Source: the human T2T-CHM13v2.0 reference genome, Homo sapiens
Length of the DNA: 64,000 nt
Reading direction: 5' to 3' (one strand)
Assembly (NCBI RefSeq): GCF_009914755.1
Contig: NC_060939.1
Part shown: positions 49,751 to 63,592 of the stretch, piece by piece
Numbering within the stretch: position 1 is the stretch's first letter
How the letters are laid out: every line of letters begins with the position of its first letter
Program-made: the position numbers and the translations under genes
Notes under the pieces: generated by a model
What the model saw: the letters and a program-made list of their open reading frames with translations, nothing else
Database searches by the model: none
What the model was told of the DNA's origin: nothing

Positions 49751-49843
49751 CTGCGCACTTGCAGATCTTTCTCCAGGAGTGAGTTTAAGGTCCGCACCTC
49801 CGCTCTGGATGGTGAGCGGAGCACAGCCTTCGAAGTAAGAACT
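49751..49843 (-). other. OCA2: OCA2 non-coding exon 1 (TSS approximate, ~49843-49860)
   Basis: AGTTCTTACTTCGAAGGCTGTGCTCCG...GATCTGCAAGTGCGCAG|gtaaag matches my recollection of the OCA2 5'UTR; canonical donor at 49751/49750; lies in a CpG island. Confidence 0.88.
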
Positions 49844-50200
49844 CAGAGGGAGCTCGGCGCTCCCGCAGCGGGTCCCCCACCCAGGCACGCCCCCGGCCCG
49901 GCCCCGCCCACAGCACTCCCCACTCGGCCCCGCCCACAGTGCGGCCACGCCCGTAGCACGCCCCTCCCGGCCACGCCCACAAAGCTGCCCACATGGCCCC
50001 GCCCACAGCTCGCCCGCTCCGCACCCCCGGCCCCTCAGCTCCCCAGCCCCCGGCGGCGCGGGCTGAGAGCAGCTCCGTCTAAGGCCACGCCGCCCCGGCG
50101 TCCCCGACAGCGCTCTCCGCGGGGATAGTTTCCAGCTTTACCTCTGAAGAGGCGGCCCAGGACTGCGGACAGGCTTTTCCCTATGAACAAGAACGGGGAA
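49844..50200 (-). promoter_or_regulatory. OCA2: OCA2 proximal promoter, TATA-less, GC-box rich CpG island
   Basis: Repeated GGCCCCGCCCACAG / GGCCACGCCC (Sp/KLF) motifs at ~49890-50010, directly upstream of exon 1; high CpG density. Confidence 0.8.
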
Positions 50201-50304
50201 ATGCTCAGTGAACATTCTGTTCCCTTCAGAGCTCTCCCAGCGGGCACTGAGAGGCCCTCCAGCTAGGACGCCAAGGTTACACTTGCCGACAGCCCCTCCT
50301 GCAG

Positions 50305-51082
50305 CACAGACACACACACGAGATACACAGACACACACAGATACACAGACACACACAGATACACACAGACACACACACAGATACAGAGATAGACACGATA
50401 TACACAGACACAGATACACAGATACACATACACAGAGACACACACAGAGACACAGCAATACACAGACACACAGATACAGGACACAGATACACAGATGACA
50501 CACAAGGACACATGCAGATACACAGACACACATACACAGATACACACAGACACATGCACAGATACACAGAGACACACACACAGGCACAGAGATACACACA
50601 GATACACAGATATACACACAGACACAGATACACAGACACACACAAATATATACAGATACTCAGACACAGATACACAGACACAGGTACAGACACACAGATA
50701 CAGATACAGAGATACATACAGATACAGAGATACAGAGACACACACAGATACACACACGGACACACACAGAGATACACAGACACAGATATACACAGGCACA
50801 CAGATACACACAGATACACACATGCACAGATACACACAGATACAGAGATCTACACACAGAGATACACAGACACACAGATACGCAGACACAGAGATACACA
50901 GATACATAGACACATACAGACACACACACAGATACATGCACAGACACACACGCAGATACACATATACAGATATACAAACACAGATATACGCACAGACACA
51001 CACAGATACACACACAGATACAGACACACACACAGATACACGCACAAACACATGGAGACAACACAGCTACAGACACACACAC
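50305..51082. repeat. Compound (CA/GA/TA)n tract (cacagata/cacagaca)
   Basis: Directly visible, starting ~450 bp upstream of the OCA2 TSS. Confidence 0.95.
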
Positions 51083-52425
51083 AGCTGCAGTGGCCAGGCC
51101 CTGCACAGGAATTGGCAGGAAGTAAGAGGCTCCATCCACAGTGTAACAGCAGAGCTGAAAGAGATCTCATGCCTTATAACAGAGCACATTGCACAGCCAC
51201 AGGGTGGGCCAGGGGTTGCCCTGGTAGCAGGGACCGAGGATGTCCTCGGCATGGCAGGCTCCAGGACACTGAAGTTCCCAGCCAGGGCCCTGACAGCAGG
51301 AGAGCCCGAGATCTCTGAGACCACATTCACTGTCGCATGTGCAGACCCCTCAGTTCAGACCGCCGTGTGCGTTAGGTGTGGATATGGCTGGCAAGCAGCC
51401 CGCATGGTGACCCCATCCTTGTGGGATGGCGGCTCCAGGGAGCCTGTGACCACCGATGCACCAGTTCCCGTCCCAGAAATACTGTCTCCTCCTCGCTCAT
51501 CACTGCACCTGCTCCCCTCCCAGTGCCTCAGGGACACTGTTACAGGGCGGGAAGGGGCTGGGGCACAGAGCCCGGGGGAGGCTCCCTGAGTGGGCAGAAG
51601 GCTCTTGGTGTGCACGCAGATCTGTCGAAATGCGGGCTTTGAAACGCCAGCAGGACAGCTGCGGCCAAGCGTGTGGCTCTCTGTGCCTTGCAGGTCACAG
51701 TTGTTTTTGTGTAACTGCTGAATGTATGGGGAAGGAGCAACCCTACCCCAGCTCCAGGGATAGACCCTGAGTGGCCACAGTAATGGAGGAAACCCAACTT
51801 CCATGCCAGGGACTGGCTCGGGTGAGCCAAATCTATGTGTCCCAGCCCTGGCGGCAGCTGAGGGGTGACAAAGCCCCCCCGCGAGCAGACAGGCACCCAC
51901 ACCCAGCACAGCCACATGCTCACTGTCTCTGGGCTTCTTAGCTGCCGTCAATCAGTCCCCTTGGTTGATTGACCCTCAGGGCCAGATGGGGTTTCCTTTC
52001 CTGGTGGCTGAGAGTGAGTGTTGCCTGCAGATGCATCAATGGAAGCCTGTGTGTGACTCGAACAGCCAAACTTGCCTTCAAGGGGCACCGTGCTTCTTCA
52101 GTTACAAGTGATTGGGGCCAGTCTCAGAAATGATGTGGTTTCTCCTGAGCATGAAGATTTGGGTCCCAAACAAGATATGATATAGAATTAACTTTTTTGG
52201 CTGGCCAAGGAAATTCCAGAAGGAAATCCCAAAATAAGGTCCCCCTAAATGTTCTTGGCAAAGAACAGCACCATTGGAATCAGATATAAAAGCCAAAGGT
52301 GGCTATTTCCAAGCAGAGGGCTGGGATGCGGTGTCGCTTTTGTGTACGTGTATGTGCATATTTTATGTTTGTGGGTGACCCAGTGAAGGCACCCTTGGCT
52401 TCTTGCCCTGGACAGGCAGTTGTGA

Positions 52426-53418
<993 letters not shown>

Positions 53419-53519
53419 AGAGCCATGTTTTAAAGTTACCACGGCTTTAGGAGGCAGGAGCTGCATAACATGAGGGCATGATGCTACCTTCTGAACTTAA
53501 ATTCCGGACTTTAAAGACA

Positions 53520-54290
53520 TGTTTAAATGTAATGAGCTGTGGAGTCACAGGAACTCCCATTCATTGCTGGTGGGACCGCAAGATGGTACAGCCACTTTGG
53601 AAGACAGTTGGGCCGTTTCTTACAAAACTAAACACTCTTAGAATATGATGCAGCAACCAATGTTCCTTGGTATTTACCTAAATGATTTGAAAACTTATGT
53701 TCACCCAAAATCTGCACACGGGTGTTTATAGCAGTTTTATCTGTCATTGCCAAAACTTGGAAACAACCAAGATGCCTTTCAGGAGGTGAATGAATAAACA
53801 AACTAGGGTACATTCAGACAATGGAATATTTATTATTCAGAGCTAAAAAGAAATGAGTTATCAAGCCATGAAAAGACACAGAAGAACCTTAAATGCAGAT
53901 TACTAAGTAAAACAAGCCAATCGGAAAAGGCTGCATACTGCCTGATTCCAACTAGATGACTTTCTAGAAAGGTAAAACTATGGAGACAGTAAAAACATTG
54001 GTGGCTGTCAGGAGCTAGTGGGGAGCGGAGGGATGACTAGCTGGAGGGGATTTCAGGGCAGCGGCCCTAGTCTGTATGATACTGTAAGGCGGATACAGGG
54101 CATTAAACATTCGTGCAAACCCACAGAAGGCACTGCCCGAGTGAGCCTCGATGTAACCCGAGGCCTCTGGATAATGCTGGTGTGTTGGTGTAACCCATGG
54201 GCCAATCTGGTGGGCAGCATGTGCACTGGGGCAAGCTACATGTGTGGGGTGGGTGTATATGGGACTTCTCTGTACCATCTGATCGATAAT
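53520..54290 (+). mobile_element. Old L1M 3' fragment
   Basis: L1M 3' motifs (gccactttggaagacagt, gccaaaacttggaaacaacc). Confidence 0.7.
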
Positions 54291-55239
54291 GTCTTTCTTT
54301 TAATGAATTAGAGGAAAATAGAAAGTCTCATTTGTCTGTGGGGAAAAAATCAATTTTGAAAAGTGAGTGGGATGGGCAAAAACTCCAGGACTGACTCAGG
54401 AATAAAAACGATTATAAACTTCATCCTGAAGAGGGTGGGTCCTGTGACTGGGAGGGGCTGGCCCAAGTCCCGGGTCATCCTGAGCTGAAGGCTCCATGCG
54501 GAGGGGCGGCCCTGGGTGGCAGGAGAATGGGGAGGCCAGGCCCGTGGGGGTGGGAAGAAAGTGGGGTCCTGAGAGCTGGTGCTCCAGCGGGGAGCGAAGC
54601 TGGACACGGGAGTCTGCAGCTTGAGGGACGAAGGTGCCTGCTATTGCTTCTGGATGTTGAGTAGTTGGTATCTCTGTGCGTGTGTGTTTCCATTTGCATT
54701 TGGATCCCATGAGACATGAGGCCCAGGAGGTCCTGCAGACAAAAGCCTCCCACCCTGTGGAGCTGGCCTCCATGCAGAATGGACCCATTCGAAGACCTTT
54801 TTAAAACGATCTTTTGTATTTTCTTGTTTTAGAAACGGGGTCCCTCTGTGCAGCCCAGGCTGCAGGGAGGGGCATGGTCATAGCTCACTGTAGCCCTGAG
54901 CGATTCCCTGTTTGAAGTGTTGACTATCTTGACTATCGGGGAGGAGTGAGGTCTGCGCGATTCGGCCTGGAGGACCCTGAGTAGGACTCACTCGCCAGAC
55001 TGGCTGCCAGTGGGCCTGGCCCTTCCTGACATGGTGAGCCATCATGGCATGTCCCTGGCAGTGACAAGGAATGTCCTCAGGCCCCGACCCTCCTGTCCAG
55101 GCCACCCAGGGCAGGCCTGTCAGGGGCCTTCCTTGTTCCAATTTTTCAGAGGCCCAGCGCTCTCCTTCCGCATCCTGCCCACCTGCCCAGCTGCAGGCAG
55201 CATGGGGAGGGGGATGGGGTGGGGAGAGGGTAGGGAAGA

Positions 55240-56905
55240 CGGTGTGTGTGAGGGTGAGTGTATGTGAAGGGGCCAAGATTTATGTGTTTAGGAGGTGTGT
55301 ATGTCTGTGGGGGGTGTGTGTGACGGGCTGTATGTAAGGGATGTATGTGTGTGGGGGGTATATGTGTATGTGTATAGGGTGTACGTGTGTTTGGGGTTGG
55401 TGTACGTGTGGGTGTGTGGGTGTGTTTTGGTGTATTTGTGTCTGGGGTGTGGGGGGAGGGTGTACGCATGGGTGTGTGTGTACATGTGTGTGGTGGGTGT
55501 GTGTTCATCTGTGTGGGGTGTGTGCATGTGTGGGGTATGGGAGTGTGTGCGCATGCGTGTGCCTGGTGTGTGTGGGGTGTGTGTGCATGTGTGTGTCTGG
55601 TGTTTGAGTGGGGTGTGTGCATGTATGTCTGGTGTGTGTGGGGTGTGTGCATGTGTGTCTGGTGTGTGGGGTGTGTGTGCGTGTGTGGTGTGTGTGGGGT
55701 GTGCGCATGTGTGTCTGGTGTTTATGTGGGGTGTGTGCATGTGTCTGGTGTGTGTGGGGTATGTGTGTGGGGGGGTGTATGGGGGGTGTGTGCATGTGTG
55801 TCTGGAGTGTGTGGGTTATGTGCGCATGTGTGTGCATGTGTGGGTGTGGGGGTGCATGTGTGTAGTGTGTGTGGTGTGGGGGTGTGGTGTGGGTGTGTGT
55901 GTGGTGTGGGGGTGTGTGATGTGGGTGTGTGGGTGTGGTGTGTGTATGGTGCGGTGTGTGTGTGGTGTGGGGTGTGTGTGTGCATGTGTGTCTGGGGTGT
56001 TTGGGGTGTGTGCATGTGTGTGGGATGTGGGGGTGTGTGTGGTGGGGTGTGTGCGCGCATGTGTGGGGTGTGTGTGCGTGTGTGGGGTGTGTGTGCATGT
56101 GTGTCCGGGGTGTGGGGTGTGTGTGCATGTGTGTAGGTTGTGTGTATGTACGTGTGCTGTGGGGGTGTGTGTGGTGTGGGGGTGTGGTGTGTGTATGGTG
56201 TGAGGATGTGTGTGGTGTGTGTGTGGTGTGGGGGTGTGTGGTGCGTCGGGTGTGTGTGCATGTGTGTCTGGGGTGTGTGTGTGCATGTGTGTGGTGTGTG
56301 CATGTGTGGTGTGTGGGGTGTGTGTGCATGTGTGGTGTGTGGGGTGTGTGTGCATGTGTCGGGTGTGGGGGGTGTGCATGTGTGTGGTGTGTGTGCATGT
56401 GTGTCTGGGGTGTGGGGTGTGTGTGCATATGTGTTTGGGATGTGGGGTGTGTGTGCATGTGTCTGGGATGTGGAGTGTGTGTGCATGTGTGGGGTGTGGG
56501 TGTGTGTGTGCATGTCTGTGATGTGTGTGTGCATGTGTGTCTGGGGTGTGTGTGCATGTGGGGTGTGAGAAGTGTATGTGTGTGTGCATGTGTGTGGGGA
56601 GTTCTGTGGGGTGTGTTCACGTGTGTGAGGTTTGTAGGGGTGTGTGTACGTGCCTCGGGTGTGTGTGTGCGCACGTGTGTGTGTGGGGTGTGTGTATGTA
56701 TGTGTCTGGGGTGGTGTGTGTGCGTGTGTGGGTGTGTGTGCATGTGTGTGTGGGGTGTGTGTGTGTGCATGTGTCGGGGGTGTGTGTGTGCGTGTGGGGG
56801 GTGTGTGTGCGCGCGCGTGTGTGCATGTGTTGGGGGTGTGTGTGTATGCATGTGTGTGGGTGTGTGTGCGCGTCTGGGGTGCGGGGAGCATGCGTGTGGT
56901 GGGGG
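55240..56905. repeat. Complex (TG)n/GGGGTGT/TGCATG low-complexity tract
   Basis: Recurring higher-order unit ~gtgtgtgcatgtgtgtctggggtgtgggg. Confidence 0.95.
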
Positions 56906-56949
56906 TTCTGCCTCTCACTCCCTCACCCAGGAGGAGGCTGTACCCAAGG

Positions 56950-58500
56950 CAGTGTTGCCAGACTGGGCCAAGCCAGGAGCAAGGCTGAGCGGCTCCACCC
57001 GCGGGCTCCCGGGCTGGGACCCGGGGTGTCACCCGCAGTGCTGAGCGTTTGTGCTCTGAGACCTCGTTGTCCCCAAGGGTCTCTCCACCCTCCGGGCCCC
57101 GGCCTCCGGCCCCGCCTGGCATGAGGAGCGGGGAGCGCACAGCAGGGTGGGGGCACCGGGCGCACGCGGGGAATTTCCCCACGACCACGGCCACGCCAAA
57201 TGCCTGAACCTCCACGGCTGCCGGCAACAGCGAGCGCAGGGAGGGGGCTGTGCGCGCGGGGGCCCTGGTGGCGGAGCAGGCATCACCCCGAGAGCGCCGA
57301 GGTTTGTGGTCGCAACCCCGGGAGCACCGCTGCGGGAGGAGCGGCGTGGCCGGGCAGAGGCGACTTCCTCGCAGGCAGTACCGGGCCCCGCGGCCGCCTC
57401 CGGGCCTGTCCTGGTGCCCCGGGCTTCCACCCGGCGGGCTGGCGTGCGGGGGCTGGTCTTCGCCGAGATCCTGCTGGGAGCGGGCTCTGGCCCCACGGTG
57501 AGCCCGGCCCCAGCCTCGGTGATGCGCTTCGCTGCCGCGCGGGGAGGGAGAGTCCGGCAGGGTCACGAGGCGCCGGCCCCGGGGCCGCTTGAAACCCGAA
57601 GAGACCCCGCTCGCTCGCGCGCCCGCCGGACGAATCCTCGCGGAGGTCCCGGGGCGCAGCCGGCGTGAGGGTGGGGTCTCATCGCAGGGGCGCCGGGAGC
57701 CTCCCCGCTCCGCTAGCTCAACCAAGGACCGCTCAGAGGGGCTCTCACCCTGAACCTCGGCTTTTCTAAAGGAAGGGCAGACCCCAGATTTCCCCCTTCT
57801 CTTCTCGAACGTGCTTTGGGTGTTTTTCTGCTTTCTTTTTTGGCAAGTCAGGACAGCGCACAGTGCACGGAGCTCCGAAGCTCTCTCAGCTACTCCCGGA
57901 TTTCTGGTTAAACCTGAGGGTGAGCCCGAAAGACCGCTGCCGCCGGCGGCCACCCCAGCGCGGGTCCGCTGAGAATGGAAACAGCAAGTGCGCGCCGGCC
58001 AGGCCGCCACCTCTCCCTCCTCCAACAGCCCGGGCAGCCGCAGGGGCCAGCCCCGGGCCAGCCAGGGCCCAGCACAAAATGCCTTCCAGCGACAGCAGCG
58101 CCGGAAGCCCCTTCTGAGGTCGTGGATAAGCCTCCGCGCAGGGGCCCCGCGCTCAGCCCACCCCGCATGCCTCCGCGCCAGGGCCTGCTGGTGGGTGGCC
58201 GCCTGCCCCGGGCTATCCCGGGCTGGGCACTGGCGCCGATCCCGCCTCGCTTGTGGAGCTGCATTTGGGGGGAAAGATGGACCGGCAGCGTGGGACGCAG
58301 AGCCAGGCCAGGCCGCACGGGCTGTGCACAAAGATATGCCCGACAGGCGGGGAGAAGGCATGGCCCACCGGCTCAGGAGAAAGTCCTGGAGGGGAGGCAG
58401 TCCGCCCCTGGGGACAACGCGGGGGGCCGTATTCGGACACCACCAGAAGTTCCTGTCGGAGACGCTAAGGGTGCCCACGGTGTCGGGCACCATGTAAAGC
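56950..58500. promoter_or_regulatory. Orphan intergenic CpG island between the HERC2 3' end and the OCA2 promoter
   Basis: ~1.5 kb of very GC/CpG-rich sequence with no recognisable exon. Confidence 0.75.
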
Positions 58501-58937
58501 TCTCCTAACTCTAAGCAGACTGCAGTTTCATGCACATCATAAGGGCACAGCCACTGTCACCGATTCTATCAGCAGAAAAGCAAACAGGCAGGAAACCACA
58601 ATTAATCCACAATTCACAATGCTGGTGAGCTTCCAAACAATTGTCAATGTGACAAGTTTCCACTCCTAGCACAGATGGGTCGTCTGTCTTTTCTACAGTT
58701 TAATGGTCTCGGCTGCACACATTTGTCTGTCAAAGTGAACTATATAACTTCAGGCTTTGGAAGTTGGATGAGAGTAAAAAGTTAAACTGAAGGTGACATG
58801 GAACTGTCCGAGAGAGTCCTCCTGTCCAAACATGAAGAAGCTGTGGCTACAAAAATCACTTTTTTTTTTTTTGTGGGAATGAAGTGCCCTCTAGTATGCT
58901 TTTAGTTAAAAAAAGAAAAAAAGAAAAAAAAAAAAAA

Positions 58938-59409
<472 letters not shown>

Positions 59410-59613
59410 TCATTTTCGTCTGGGTTTTACCTATCACATTGGAAATTACAACTGAAAAAATTTAAAATATTGAATACGTTTAGAATAAAAACAAACCCAT
59501 GACTTGTTAACATGGACACAATTTTGAAAAATCGTTTTCCAAAACGAAAACAAATTAGTGACAATGGCATTAATACTTTTATTAGCCTCTTTAACTGTCT
59601 GGCTTAATGGAAG

Positions 59614-60482
<869 letters not shown>

Positions 60483-61575
60483 GAAGACAGGTGAATTCTC
60501 ATTTCTGTCTGTGCATCCCCACATTGTGAAGTTTTGGTGGAAGGAGCTGAAGAAAATCTGGCCTCACAGAGAGACGTAGTAGGAGATAGAGGCTCTCATG
60601 GACACCCTGAAAGGGCCTCAGGAACTCCAGGGGTCCTCAGCCAGGACTTTGAGAACCCACATTCTAGAGGCAGAAGGCATTTGCCAGCCTGATTTGGGGG
60701 TTGGCCAATGGAAAGTGGGTGGAGGGGACAGTGCAGCTCTGGGCCCTCTTACACCTGTGTCACCACCGTGATACACACGCCCAAAGCGAGAAGAGAGATG
60801 TGAAGCCTGACACCTCCTAACCGCGGGCCCAGAGCCACTCAGCAGAGGCCGGCCCAGCCAGGCGCGCGAGTGAGAAACGCTGCTTCTCACTGACTTCAGG
60901 GGCAATTCTGTTATGCCGCAAAAGCTGACAACAAAAGGGTTGGTGATATTAACAAAAATAATACCACACAGCTTATGGACGTTTTGAGCTAAGCTGAAAA
61001 TAGACTAATCCTGGCATTTACCAATTCAGTCCTGGAAAGGTTCCCAGAAAAAAAATAAAACTTTCCCTCTTTGGATCTTCTGTGCCAGTGCTAAACATCG
61101 TGTCCCTGAATAAACTGTCTCCCAACGTGAAATACATAGTTTTGCCTCAATCTGATAGTCTTCAGCTCAAGCTCTAATGCGTTAGACCTGCCAGCCAGTT
61201 TTCCTAGCCTGTTCTCAGTTCTACCCTTTGCAGAGTGCGTGCCATACACAAGCAGCCCAAACCGTGTACCATGGCTGCCTGGACGGAAGACTCTCAGCCC
61301 AGGCCAATGAAAGCAGAAGCCAAGGCTGTGCAGACAGATGGGGCTGGGAGGAAGTCGGAGGAAACCCTGAAGGCTCCAGAGCCCTTCAGCCCCTGCCACC
61401 AGCTGGTCCCGTGGAATCTTCCATTCTCCTAATCACTTCTTTGTGACTTGAGTTTGGTTTAACAAAAAAATAATCTCAACTTGGCTGAAATCTTTACTAC
61501 TGCTGTATCAAGAACTAATTGATTTTTTGGTTGTACTGGTTAAGAAAGCTCAGCCTACACTTTTATGTCAGATGT

Positions 61576-61581
61576 TTTATT
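61576..61581 (-). terminator. HERC2: Distal HERC2 polyadenylation signal AATAAA
   Basis: Plus-strand tttatt at 61576-61581 at the end of an AU-rich UTR. Confidence 0.75.
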
Positions 61582-61967
61582 TATAGATAATTAAAATTTA
61601 GGCATATACATGACACAAACATTATATATAGTACACTTTCCATGATAGAAGTTATGATGCTGTTCACAGAAAGGCCTCAATTCAGATGACATAATGCATA
61701 TGCTACAAGGGGACACCTGGGAGAGGGGACACCAAATGGCCTTCTGGTTTTTCATTTTGGTTTAAATATCCTCTGGATGCATTCAAGTAATACTAATCAT
61801 TTCATGTTCAAAAGTCTTTTAATAAACAAATTCAGAGTAAAATTAATTGAAATATTTATAATACGATTTGTTACACAGTTATTTCCAATATACAATCAAG
61901 ACGACTCACGACACTTGAAAGAAAGGAGAAAGAAAAAAAAATCGATTGCACCCACAAGTAAAAAGGC

Positions 61968-61973
61968 TTTATT
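61968..61973 (-). terminator. HERC2: Proximal HERC2 polyadenylation signal AATAAA
   Basis: Plus-strand tttatt at 61968-61973, followed in transcript direction by GU/U-rich sequence (cttgtgggtg...ttttttttt). Confidence 0.65.
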
Positions 61974-62284
61974 CATTTTGGGGATGCTGCAATTTGGTAT
62001 TTATATAAACATTTACACACTTTAGTAAACACAGTCCTACATGTAATGCAGCATTACGGGTGAGAAGACCCTTGGAAGTCGAGCGTCCACAGTGTTCCAC
62101 GCGCACAGGCGGACCTTCTCACTGTCATTCCCATCACGGCCAGTCAGTCTCTCCACTCCCTCCTCCCGCCTGGCTCGAGGACGGACGCTTCTCATCAGAC
62201 ACACCAGGCAGCCTACAGTCTACACAGCAGCGAGTGCTCTGCTGCCTGGCTCAGGCTCTCATCTCACGAGGACGTTTCCCCATC

Positions 62285-62557
62285 TTAGTGTCCTGTTAAA
62301 TAATCTTGTGTAGAGTCCGAAGCAAAGGAGTCGACATCCTCGTTATCTGAATCGTCGCTGCTGTCGTCGGCGGCTGGCTCTCCTGTAAGTGCGATGCGAG
62401 CGTAGTCATCTGTGTCTATGGACTTGCAGAAGTGGATGGCGTACTTGAGCTTCTCCTCCAGCACCTGCTTGCAGGAATACCTGGGCAGCTTCAGCAAGAA
62501 GAAACAGGTGTAGGACTCAGGGAGGAAGTGGTCTGGAGGGTTGTATTTATCCAACAC
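62285..62557 (-). CDS. HERC2: HERC2 terminal coding exon: HECT C-lobe end with catalytic Cys (ESYTCFF) and acidic C-terminal tail
   Basis: Translates to [90 protein letters not shown], which I recognise as the HERC2 C-terminus; acceptor ttctgctcaacag|GTG at 62558/62557; TAA at 62287-62285. Confidence 0.97.
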
Positions 62558-63592
62558 CTGTTGAGCAGAAACATGAAGTGATTAGAAATTGAGTACGGCT
62601 GCAGTCTACTTTACTGTGCTCATTAGACTCTTCGTGCTCACAAAACCATATTTTTTGCTAAGAACAAAACAGCAGAAAACATAATCCAAACAACTTTAGG
62701 AGTAACGAGGAGCAATTAATTCCTAGAACTTGGAGTAAGAAACAGCACCTCACTATGGAGATGATGGCTCTCTATTGTCATCCCGGGAAGAGGGCCCGAG
62801 GACCACACCACCTGTGTGGATGCGGGGCGGCCTGGCTGGCGGAGGACCAGGCACGTGACCACGGGAGAGCTCTTCATGAGTCTACCAGCCCAACTTTGAC
62901 CCCTACAGATTAAGATACTAGGAAACGGCAAGAATTATGGACAAAAACTAAGAATTACTGACCTTCTAAGATAGAAAACTATGCATGCTCTCCAAGGTGA
63001 CCCTGAAAGACGGCCACTTTTCTAACCCTGGCAGAGACGCAGGTCAGGCTGTGCTGGACACATGCTGGGAACAGTGGACCCCATCGATCCATCCGCCCAG
63101 GCACTGCTGTTACGGTCCCAACAGAGAGTGGGGGCATTAGGCCATCCCCTCTCAGTGACCCGGCAGGTCCATTGAGCTTGTTTCTGACCACCGGCCCACA
63201 GAGTTGGAACCCAAAGCAAAACCCTTGTTCTCAATCCAACGAGCGGCCTCATTTTTCTCGGTATGTAGGATGTTACTTAGTGACTCACCTAATTCGACCA
63301 GATAACTGAATGAGTGCTTTACGTGTGTTTGAAATCTAGAGCAGGCTGACACAGCAGTGATGTATTCTGGGGATGGCCAGATACATTTTTAAAAAATAGG
63401 TAATGGTACCCAAAACACATAATCATAACATTTTGAGCCTTCACATCAGAGAAGTTCGATGTTTTCCATTTTCATTTCTGTAAAGACTCAAGAGGCTCGT
63501 TTTCCATGTGCTGCAGGACTGTGGGTGAGGAGCCAGCCACCCACCGTCGGCCGACATCAGCCCAGGGCCGGCAAGCCCAGCCAGGAGCCTAC

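Larger units (their letters stand above)
61560..62284 (-). other. HERC2: HERC2 3'UTR
   Basis: Follows the stop codon; minus-strand AATAAA at 61973-61968 and 61581-61576; 3' end approximate. Confidence 0.85.

Noticed and set aside
50138-51589. Long Cys/Val- or His/Thr-rich ORFs here and at 4.3-5.1 kb and 55.1-57.1 kb
   Set aside because: Translations of dinucleotide-type repeats, open in many frames on both strands
55722-58535. 937-aa minus-strand ORF
   Set aside because: Starts at GTG (first ATG at 58493) and spans a CpG island plus a (CA)n-type tract, both naturally stop-poor; the product is low-complexity Arg/Gly/Pro then His/Thr with no recognisable domain
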